64,000 nucleotides of DNA from positions 3,678,924 through 3,742,923 of the forward strand of contig CP070677.1 in NCBI GenBank assembly GCA_020352495.1, given 5' to 3'. Below the pieces are notes generated by a model, which searched no databases, was not told the origin of the DNA, and saw only the letters and a list, made by a program, of their open reading frames with translations. The first letter of the stretch is position 1. Each line of letters begins with the position of its first letter. A program made the position numbers and the translations under genes. Source of the stretch: Candidatus Latescibacterota bacterium. GTDB lineage: Bacteria > Krumholzibacteriota > Krumholzibacteriia > WVZY01. Positions 9,427 to 18,600 of the stretch are shown piece after piece.

Positions 9427-12400
9427 CTATTTGAGAAGGACCATTTTCTTTGTCTGGCTGAATCCCTTCGTCGTTAGCCTGTAGAAATACACGCCGCTCG
9501 AGACCGGCTCACCCGTGTTGTTTGTGCCATCCCACGTCGGTTTGAATCCGTCTGCGCGTGGTGTCTGCTCTTCGTCGACCAATGTCTTCACCAACTGCCC
9601 GGCGACATTGTAGATTTTCAAAGTCACGTGGCCGCGCTCCTCGATGCCGTAACGGATTGTCGTTACCGGGTTGAATGGATTCGGGTAGTTGTTGTCGAGA
9701 TAGTTCGCCAACCTTGGCGTTTGACCGATCTCCGTCGGTTCGGGGATCGCGTTGTCCATCCAAAGGAGGATGCCACGGAGATGGTCGACCCTGTCTATCG
9801 GTTGGCCGGACCGATCGTCATGGATGAAGTGAAAGCTGAATCCGGAGAGAATCACATGGGCGTCGGCATCTCCCGTTTGCGGATGCGGTGTCACCTGCGA
9901 GAGCACCGCTGCCCCCGATGCGTTTGGATAATTCATCTCCGCCACAGACGCGCCGGTGGCCTGCAACACGTCGAAATCGTTGATCGTCGGGCACCCGCCA
10001 TAGACATACAAAGAGTCAGGGCCGCCTACGGGATCATCAAAGATCGACCCCGGCTCTGCAATGAGCAATGGCGAAACCGGTTCACCGAGAGTGACATGCC
10101 GTCCCCTCACGACGTTGAAATTCATGTAATCGTTCTTGAGATCTAGCGCGCTGTTGTAGGCGTAGGCCAGCCACCATTCTGCTAAATCGTCCCCCGAAAG
10201 GTATACGCCGACGTGATTCGTTCGCAGTTCGAAAAACTCATAAAGCACGGCATAGTCATTCGACTTGTCGTTAAAACCAAACCCGGCGCCCAGACCACTG
10301 TACAGGTCCCCGGTGTTCCATATGATCTTGCGATAGTACGGCACGATCTGATCGGAGACGCTCTCCACTCTGCCGCCAACACTGTTGCCAACTTGCGACG
10401 AGGCGCCTCTCACATCGTACCGGTCGGGTTTGATTCCCAGGATGTCAAACGCCGTATCAAAGTACGGCTGTGCGCCTCGCTGGTCGCAGTCATCGACATA
10501 AAGAATGTCCGTGATTCCGGCAAGCGCATTGGCGGGGAGACATGTCATTTCCATGGGAGCCGACCGGACTCCCGGTTCCGAATCCGTGACACCAGTGAGA
10601 CGGCTCCAGTAGGTCGTGTTGCCCCCCAAATCCCGCGCCGAAAAGTAGAACCAGACCGTGTCACCCGGTGTGTAGAGGGTGTCGTTCAAGTCGGCACAGA
10701 ACTGACTGGCGACGGGATCTCCCGCCGTGTCGTAGACCGTGTCGAAACGAAGGACCGTCCAGCCTTCGCCTGTGGCGACAACGGGCCAGCGGCCAAGATC
10801 CTCCGATATCACCGTGCCGGACTTTCCAGGTGAGACATCCTTGACGTGGAGGTAGACAGCGGGACCACTCGCTGGTATCCCAGTGAAGTGATCGTCGAGC
10901 CCATAATTTGGCTCCGAAACAGTAACGACCGTCGAGTCCCCGGGTCGAATGTTCGGAACTGACGATGACAAGACATCCCGGGCCATATCAACCCTGACGG
11001 TCCCGGTCACGGTCCCGTCGGAGGCAAAGTTGTCCTGAAATAGGTGGAAGTCGCTCACCGACCATGTGGGCCCGCCAAGGTCGACACGGACTAGCCTGAC
11101 GTTGTCAAACAGGGGAGGATGACGGTGCCACACGGTACCGTAGATGCCACACCAATACTCGCACATATCTTTTGCGGATAGCGCAATCTGCACTTCCATC
11201 GCACCCGGCTCGACATAGCTCCCTATCGAGAATTTTCGGCGGATCCAGTCCTTCTGTCCCCCGTAATTCAGACGATTGTCGTTTAGCCAACGCCCCAGAC
11301 AATCAGTGACATGGGAGCGGACGTTCCAGATATAGAACATAAGTCCATCGAGTGGCAGATCGCGGTACGTATCGAACTCGAGAATCAACTCGGACGCGGT
11401 TGCCGGCACCGGATTCCCGTGGATGTCTTGCGACCAATCGATCCATGGCGACCAGATCTCGTTGTCGAGATACTGACCGTATTCATTCGGCCCATACGGT
11501 GGCACGGGTTGTTCCGGGTGTCCTGGGTAGTTGAAAGTTGACCCGTTGTAAAACATCCACATACACGATGTGCTGTATCGGCAGGGATCCTCCTGGAGTA
11601 CGGCCGCCCCGTGAATCAGCCCCGAGTAATCTCCAAATCCCGACGGCACGGTCGCGGCCCAATCCCCATCGCCGGTGGTCAAAGCACCAACCGCCTCGAA
11701 CTCGAAGTCCTGGTAGTCAACGGTGCCGGTGGCATCCATGACGGTAAGGCTATCGATGATCACCGCACCATCCGTCGGCCAAAGACCATCTTCATCGGAC
11801 CAGCTCGGGTCCGACCAAAACTTGAAACGGATCTTCAACGACCCGCCGGTCATCGCGGGATCCAAGACAAAAGACTCATCGAGCCCGCCGGTCCCGTCGT
11901 ATAACCCCAAGCCTCCGTTGACAGGCAGGTCGGTCCACGACTGGTATGGGTCATCCCAGTATTCCACGACGACATAGTCATAGCCCGGCTCGATATCCCA
12001 CCGGATCTTGTACGAGAGCACCGCATTCCCCACGACGGGGAATTCGACCGACTCGAAGTACTGGTGCCAAGAGTTGCCGTACCCGGGAGGGGTCTCCCAG
12101 TTGCAGTACGGTGAGTCCATTGTGGCCCTTACACCACACCACATGGATTGTTGACCTTCGAGAGGGGTCAAGCGCCCAAAGTCCCCGCCGTTCAACCCGG
12201 TAAAGTCATCGATATGGAAGAATGTGTCGAGCTGTGCGGTCCGATCGAAACTGATCCACCCCTGCGGATCACAGTTTCCGAATCCGTCGTCGAAAGAGAA
12301 CTCGGCAAGAACGTACGTATCGACTTGTGAGGAGACAAACGAGGCAGCAACTCGGGAGAGCGGTCGGTCACTCTTGTCGATGTGATCGACGGTGACCTTT

Positions 12401-12498
12401 CTCTGTTGAGCGTTGTGCTTTCCGCCGTCGCGCGCCCACAATCCAGAGGCCGACGCAATCATCAACACCGTGAGAACAATGCCAAATGTTTTTTTCAC
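9427..12498 (-). CDS. large secreted protein with T9SS type-A C-terminal sorting domain (paralog B); GTG start
   Basis: 1023 aa; signal MKKTFGIVLTVLMIASASGLWA; CTD ...PNPFNPVTTIRYGIEERGHVTLKIYNVAGQLVKTLVDEEQ...TKKMVLLK; 21-nt spacer with GGGAGGGG RBS to upstream gene. Confidence 0.85.
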   Translation of the reverse strand: MKKTFGIVLTVLMIASASGLWARDGGKHNAQQRKVTVDHIDKSDRPLSRVAASFVSSQVDTYVLAEFSFDDGFGNCDPQGWISFDRTAQLDTFFHIDDFTGLNGGDFGRLTPLEGQQSMWCGVRATMDSPYCNWETPPGYGNSWHQYFESVEFPVVGNAVLSYKIRWDIEPGYDYVVVEYWDDPYQSWTDLPVNGGLGLYDGTGGLDESFVLDPAMTGGSLKIRFKFWSDPSWSDEDGLWPTDGAVIIDSLTVMDATGTVDYQDFEFEAVGALTTGDGDWAATVPSGFGDYSGLIHGAAVLQEDPCRYSTSCMWMFYNGSTFNYPGHPEQPVPPYGPNEYGQYLDNEIWSPWIDWSQDIHGNPVPATASELILEFDTYRDLPLDGLMFYIWNVRSHVTDCLGRWLNDNRLNYGGQKDWIRRKFSIGSYVEPGAMEVQIALSAKDMCEYWCGIYGTVWHRHPPLFDNVRLVRVDLGGPTWSVSDFHLFQDNFASDGTVTGTVRVDMARDVLSSSVPNIRPGDSTVVTVSEPNYGLDDHFTGIPASGPAVYLHVKDVSPGKSGTVISEDLGRWPVVATGEGWTVLRFDTVYDTAGDPVASQFCADLNDTLYTPGDTVWFYFSARDLGGNTTYWSRLTGVTDSEPGVRSAPMEMTCLPANALAGITDILYVDDCDQRGAQPYFDTAFDILGIKPDRYDVRGASSQVGNSVGGRVESVSDQIVPYYRKIIWNTGDLYSGLGAGFGFNDKSNDYAVLYEFFELRTNHVGVYLSGDDLAEWWLAYAYNSALDLKNDYMNFNVVRGRHVTLGEPVSPLLIAEPGSIFDDPVGGPDSLYVYGGCPTINDFDVLQATGASVAEMNYPNASGAAVLSQVTPHPQTGDADAHVILSGFSFHFIHDDRSGQPIDRVDHLRGILLWMDNAIPEPTEIGQTPRLANYLDNNYPNPFNPVTTIRYGIEERGHVTLKIYNVAGQLVKTLVDEEQTPRADGFKPTWDGTNNTGEPVSSGVYFYRLTTKGFSQTKKMVLLK

Positions 12499-12521
12499 AA
12501 CCCTGCCCCTCCCTAAGATCT

Positions 12522-15500
12522 CTATTTTAAGAGGACCATTTTCTTTGTGTGTGCGAACCCCTCCGTCGCAAGTTTATAAAAATACACACCGCTCGAGACC
12601 GGCTCACCGGCGTTGTTTGTGCCGTCCCAGGTCGCTTTGAATCCGTCTCGGCGAGGTGCTGCCTGCTCTTCGTCGACCAATGTTTTCACCAACTGACCGG
12701 CGACATTGTAGATTTTCAAAGACACATGACCGCGCTCCTCAATGCCGTAACGAATCGTCGTCACCGGATTAAAAGGATTGGGATAGTTGTCATCGAGGTA
12801 ATTCACCAGCTTTGGCGTTTGGTCGATCCCCGTCGGTTCGGGGATCGCATTATCCATCCAGAGGAGTATGTCACGGAGATGATCCACACGATCCATCGGC
12901 TGTCCGGTTCGATCGTCGCTGATATAATGATAACTGAACCCCGAGAGAATCACATGCGCATCGGCGTCCTGCAATTGCGGATGAGGTGTCAGTTGTGAGA
13001 GCACCGCGGCGCCCGATCCGTTGGGAAAATTGATTTCTGCCACAGACGCCCCGGTGACTTGCAACACATCGAAGTCGTTGATCGTCGGGCACCCGCCGTA
13101 GACATGCATCGAGTCCGGGCCGCCCACGGGATCATCAAAGATCGATCCCGGCTCGGCAACGAGCAACGGCGAGACAGGCTCACCGAGAGCGACATGCCGT
13201 CCCCATGCGACGCCGAAATTCATGTAGTCGTTTCGGAAGTCAGCCGCGCTACCGCCCGCATAAACCCAGTAATCGGAAACATCGTCACCCGACAGGTATA
13301 CGCCGACGTGATCTGTCCTCTGTTCGAAAAACTGATGGAGCATCGCAAAATCATCCGCCTTTTCGTTCTCGAACCCGCCACCTGGGGCGATGTGGAGGTT
13401 TCCCGTATTCCAGATGATCTTCCGATAATATGGAACGATCTGTTGCGAGACGTCCGAAACCCGTCCGCCGGGGCCAACGCTCAGGTCGTATGCAGGACTC
13501 CGCACATCGTAGCGGTCGGGCTTGATTCCAAGGATGTCATACGCCGTATCAAAGTACGGCTGCACACCGTGCTGGTCGCAGTCATCGACATAAAGAATGT
13601 CGGTGATCCCGGCGAGCGCATTGGCGGGAAGACACGTCATCTCCATCGGTGCCGCCCTCACCGCTGCCTCCGAGTGTGACGCGCCCGTGAAACGGCTCCA
13701 GTAGGTTGTGTTGCCTACAAAGTCCCGGGCCGAAAAGTAGAACCAGATCGTATCCCCCGGCGTGTAGAGACTGTCATTCAGATCGGCACAGAACTGATTG
13801 TCTACGGGGTCTCCCGACGTGTCGTAGACAGTGTCACAACGAAGAACCGTCCATCCGCCACCCGCGGAGGCAACAGGCCACCGCGCAACATCCCCCGAAA
13901 TCGCGGCACCGGATTTCGTCGGAGAAACGTCCTTAACATGAAGGTAGACCGCGGGACCACTTCCCGGAATCCCCGTGGAGTGGTAGTCGAGACCATAGTT
14001 CGGCTCTGAGACGGTAACAACCGTCGAGTCTCCCGGCAGAATATTGGGATTTGAATTCGACAGAACATCCAATGCCATGTCCACACGGGCGGTTCCCGTC
14101 ACCGTCCCGTCCGAGGCGAAATTGTCCTGAAAGAGATCGATATCCCGTACCGACCACACCGGGCCGCCAAAATCGACCCGGAGGAGCCGAACATTATCGA
14201 GAAGCGGGGCGTGATGATGGCAGTTGAATTCCGCGTAGACCCCACACCAGTACTCGCACATATCCCAACAGCCAATCGCGATCTGTACCTGCGACGCCCC
14301 GGGTTCGATATGACTACCGACCGACAACGTCCTCTGGTACCAATCCAATTGCCCACCGTAGTACACAAAGTTGTCGTCCCTCCAGTACCCGACACAGTCA
14401 CCGACATGTGAGCGGACGTGCCAGATATAAAACACGAGTCCATTGAGTGGCAAACCCCGATAGGTATCGAATTCGAGAACAACCTTCGATGCGGAAGCCG
14501 GCACCGGGTTGCCGTCAATATCGTGCGTAAAATCGATCCACGGTGACCAGACCTCGTTTGTGAGGTACTGAGCGTATTCGTCCGGCCCGTACGGCGGCAC
14601 GAGCTGTTCGGGGTGCGGCGTACAGAAACCCGTATCCGGCGACCCGTTGAAAAATGTCCAGAAGCACGATATGTTGTACCGACACGGGTCCTCTTGGACA
14701 ACCTCTGTGCCGTGCAAGAGCCCCGCATAATCGCCAAACCCGGGATTCACAGAGGCAGACCAATCGCCATCCGAAGTGGCCAACGCCCCAACGGATTCGG
14801 ACTCGAAGTCCTGATAGTCCACCGTCCCCGTCGCATCCATGATCGTGAGACTATCGATAATCACCGCTCCATCGGTTGGCCAGAGACCGTCTTCGTCTGA
14901 CCAACCCGAATCCGAATAGAAATGAAATCGGAGCTTGAGTGAACCTCCGGTCGCGGCGGAGTCGATGACGACAGACTCGCTTAGCTCACCGATCCCGTCG
15001 TAGTCACCCGCACCTCCGTTCACGGGGAGATCCGACCATTCCGAAGAAACCTCATCCCAGTATTCGAGATATACGAAATCGTATCCCGGTTCGGTATCCC
15101 AACGGATCTTGTACGAGCACACCGCATCACCAACAACTGCGAACTCGGTGGACTCAAAGAACTGTTGCCACTGGTTTCCATAGCCCGGGGGTGTCTCCCA
15201 GTTGCAGTACGGCGAGCCTTCCGTTCTTGCGCCGCACCACAGTGACTTCTGACCCTCGAGAGGAGTCAACCGTCCGTAGTCCCCACCATTCAAACCGGCA
15301 AAATCATCGACATGGAAAAACGTGTCGATCTGCGTAGTAGCATCGACCGTGACCCACCCCTGTGGATCGCAAAGACCGAATTCGTCGTCAAAAGAGAACT
15401 CGGCAAGAACGTACGTATCGATCTGTGCGGAAACAAACGTGGCTTCGACTCTCGATGGCGGCCGATCGCTTTGGCTACCGAGAACGGTGGGGACCCTTCT

Positions 15501-15596
15501 CGACTGGGTGGTGTGCTTGTCAGCAACACGCGCCATCAACCCCGATGCCGTCGCCAGCACAACAACGGCGACAATAACACCAGATGTTTTTTTCAT
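12522..15596 (-). CDS. large secreted protein with T9SS type-A C-terminal sorting domain (paralog A)
   Basis: ORF 12522..15728 but it overlaps the upstream gene; likely start at MKKTSGVIVAVVVLATASG (15596), leaving a 23-nt spacer; CTD ends ...FAHTKKMVLLK; about 60-70% identity by eye to neighbours over long blocks (DTYVLAEFSFDD, WSDEDGLWPTDGAVIIDSLT, CLPANALAGITDILYVDDCDQ). Confidence 0.85.
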   Translation of the reverse strand: MKKTSGVIVAVVVLATASGLMARVADKHTTQSRRVPTVLGSQSDRPPSRVEATFVSAQIDTYVLAEFSFDDEFGLCDPQGWVTVDATTQIDTFFHVDDFAGLNGGDYGRLTPLEGQKSLWCGARTEGSPYCNWETPPGYGNQWQQFFESTEFAVVGDAVCSYKIRWDTEPGYDFVYLEYWDEVSSEWSDLPVNGGAGDYDGIGELSESVVIDSAATGGSLKLRFHFYSDSGWSDEDGLWPTDGAVIIDSLTIMDATGTVDYQDFESESVGALATSDGDWSASVNPGFGDYAGLLHGTEVVQEDPCRYNISCFWTFFNGSPDTGFCTPHPEQLVPPYGPDEYAQYLTNEVWSPWIDFTHDIDGNPVPASASKVVLEFDTYRGLPLNGLVFYIWHVRSHVGDCVGYWRDDNFVYYGGQLDWYQRTLSVGSHIEPGASQVQIAIGCWDMCEYWCGVYAEFNCHHHAPLLDNVRLLRVDFGGPVWSVRDIDLFQDNFASDGTVTGTARVDMALDVLSNSNPNILPGDSTVVTVSEPNYGLDYHSTGIPGSGPAVYLHVKDVSPTKSGAAISGDVARWPVASAGGGWTVLRCDTVYDTSGDPVDNQFCADLNDSLYTPGDTIWFYFSARDFVGNTTYWSRFTGASHSEAAVRAAPMEMTCLPANALAGITDILYVDDCDQHGVQPYFDTAYDILGIKPDRYDVRSPAYDLSVGPGGRVSDVSQQIVPYYRKIIWNTGNLHIAPGGGFENEKADDFAMLHQFFEQRTDHVGVYLSGDDVSDYWVYAGGSAADFRNDYMNFGVAWGRHVALGEPVSPLLVAEPGSIFDDPVGGPDSMHVYGGCPTINDFDVLQVTGASVAEINFPNGSGAAVLSQLTPHPQLQDADAHVILSGFSYHYISDDRTGQPMDRVDHLRDILLWMDNAIPEPTGIDQTPKLVNYLDDNYPNPFNPVTTIRYGIEERGHVSLKIYNVAGQLVKTLVDEEQAAPRRDGFKATWDGTNNAGEPVSSGVYFYKLATEGFAHTKKMVLLK

Positions 15597-15619
15597 AGCC
15601 CTTGCCCCTTTTTTGGATC

Positions 15620-18600
15620 CTACTTCAAAAGGACCATTTTCTTTGTCTGCGTGAACCCCTTTGTTGTGAGCTTGTAGAAATACACGCCGCTGGCAACCGG
15701 TTCGCCGTTCGAATTCGACCCGTTCCAATGCGCTTCAAAACGTCCTGCAGGACGCGACCTATCGACGAGCACTCGGACCAGCTCTCCCCGTACGTTGTAA
15801 ACAGCGAGACGCACATGCGAACGCTCGGGAAGCTCGTATCGGATGGTCGTCACCGGGTTAAACGGATTTGGATGATTCTGATAAAGCACATACCGGTCGG
15901 GGAGCTTCGGGAACATCGCCGGCATCCCCGTCGGAATGGTTTTGAAGTCGATGATGTCCCCATTTTCCGACCAGGTGAGTACCCGACTATTCATAAAACG
16001 GTCGAAGAGAAACCTTACCTCCTCCCCTGGCTCCGGACCCTCATCCTCCGGTGTAAACGGATCGTCCCGGTACACGGGCATGATCCCAAAGCACCCTTCC
16101 TCTGTGACCACAAACTCACCACAGATCACACTGTCCTCGTCAATCGCCTGGACCAACGTTCCAACGGATATCAACGAGCCATCGATGACGACACTATCGC
16201 CCCACAAATTCACCCACTCGGTGGTTGGCGTGACCGTTACAGGACCACTGGGGACTTGAGCGTCTGACGTCGTAAACGGGGGATCGGATGGATACGCGGG
16301 GAGACCTGGGTACGTGAGTGTTCCGGCCGTGTTGACCTTGAGCCAGTACCCGTGACCCGGTGTCATCGTGATAAGCGTATTCTGCCCCGGCGGCCCCGAA
16401 GGATCAAAGGTGAGATAGTCATTTCCATCGTGTCCGAGAACGAGATCGGTCGTGGACAACACGGTCTCCAGGGCATGCGCGACCGAGTCTTCCTGGTACG
16501 GGACATAGCCAATCAGATTGTAACCGCTCGACAGGGCCACCGGACTCTGCGAGGCAATCGCATCACCGGCAAGTGAGAGCGTGTCATCCTGTGACATCTT
16601 GACCCACACCCCATCTGCGTGGTCGACATCGAAAAGCGTCTGGAACTCGGGTGCGAGAGACGGCGCAAAGGCACGCCCGCCCGTGTCGAATCCATGCGCC
16701 ACGATCACATTTTCGATTATGGGAGCGAGAATCGATGCGACCGAATCGTTGCCGACGTCGGCATTCCAGCTCAATAGATTCCACCCGGTCTCGAGCGGTA
16801 GCACGACGGTCCGCGTGAGCGCGGAGTCGACATCGAGAGTTACGGGTACCGTCACAAACCCTTGTGTGGGGACATTGCTTTGGATGCCCACATACCCTTC
16901 ATATGTGCCCGGCTCGAGTAAGGACGCATCGATTGTGACCGCCAATTCGATCGTGCTGCCTGGATCAAGCGTCCCGACGAGCGGTGACGCGGTTAGCCAG
17001 TCGATCGGAATACCCGTTGAGATCCATATTTCATCCCACCACGCCTCGGAACCCGCGGTGAAGTTGTAAAGATCCAAACGGTAGACGTCTTCCACCAGAG
17101 CGGCATTTCGGAACGGAATGCCGCTCTGGATCAAGTTGCCCCCGACATAATAATCAAACGTCTTGGCGGTGAAATCGATGTTGTTGAATTCGATGTGATA
17201 CCACGTGTCGGCGGTGTAGACAAACGACTCACTGCCGCCGACATCCACGTTGACATAAAAGGTGCTGTCTTGTTTGGCAAAGAACCAGATGACTTCCCGT
17301 CCCTGACTGTCGCGGAACACAAAGTATGCGTCGTTCGTCGTTGTCGATCCGGATCGGATCCAAAAGCTTATCGTTCGAAGCTGGACGGCTCCGAACTCGC
17401 GGTAGATCCCATCAAAATGCCCGACTCCCGAGTTGAACTCGTGATAACTCATGACGCTACCGTCGGCCGCTGTTTGATCGGTTACCTCTTTGGTGCCCGT
17501 GCCACCGCCATCGAACCATCCGTCGTAGTCCCCATCCTCGAAGTTCTCCAAGAATGCGAGGCTCGAGTCGAACGGCGATGACAAGATCGGGCGTATCCCG
17601 GAGAGCGGTCTTATGTGTCCGGCGGTTTCATACGGTTCCAACTGCGACACCGACCCCGACGATGTCAAGAATCCACCGAAGACGTCCGATCGATATCCAA
17701 CACGACCTTGCGAGCGATCGGCCATTTCCACCGTGCCAACCGGACTCGGATTACTTCCGGCAGTTCCGAAAACATAGATCCGATACTCGAGCACCGATCC
17801 CCCGGGATTGGATAGATCGAGCGGTCTCAACGACGCCTCGCCTGGTAGGAGCGTTTCATAAATCGAGTCAGGTAACACGGCCACGATCGGTGGCTCCACA
17901 CCCACACCCTCGAGGTCCACGGTAACGATATTCTCGTCCGGATCATTGCTCTCGAGTGTCAATGTTCCCGAGATCGATCCCGACACCAAAGGAGCAAAGG
18001 TCACCGTCACATCCCTCGTCCATCCCGGAGGAATATTCAGTTCGGTCGAGTCGGCGGAGAAGCTCGGGTTGTCGATGCTGATCGAACTCACGATCAGTGT
18101 CGCATTACCCTCATTCGAAACGGTGAGCGTTTGATCGTCCGAGAGACCAACAAACAACGAGTCGTAAACAAGCACGGTGTCCGAGAGCAAAATGTCCGCA
18201 GCCGGCATGACTTCGAGATGAAGTGGAACGATAGCCACCACGCTGTCCCAGGCGGTGCTTCTAATGGCGATTTCGGCGTCGAATTCATCTTCCGGCAAAT
18301 TCGTCGCGTCGAATGTGACATCGATCTGCTCGCTCTGCCCGACCGGAATGCTCCCCGAGTCCGGCAGAGCCCACACCCAGCCAATCCCCGGTGTGAGCCA
18401 TTCCATCGCTTGTTCGCCAAATCGCTGGTTATCGGCTAATAGCAGATAGTCATCCCCAAAAAGCTCCTCGGCCGTGGCGATGATCTTCCCGTCGCCCGCG
18501 ACACTCGCCGCGACCACCGGTGTGTTGTTGATATCCCCGATGAGAAGCGTTGCCGGTTCCATTACCGCAGAGAGGTGGGCATGTGGACCCGGGAGTTCAA

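Noticed and set aside
10213-10833. Antisense ORFs of 150-260 aa inside the giant minus-strand genes (e.g. 9628..10146, 10213..10833, 13059..13679, 15602..16267, 16581..17069, 20435..20962)
   Set aside because: Typical spurious open frames on the opposite strand of long high-GC genes; Arg/Pro/Gly-rich, no signal peptides or motifs, and the sense-strand proteins have clear domain structure.
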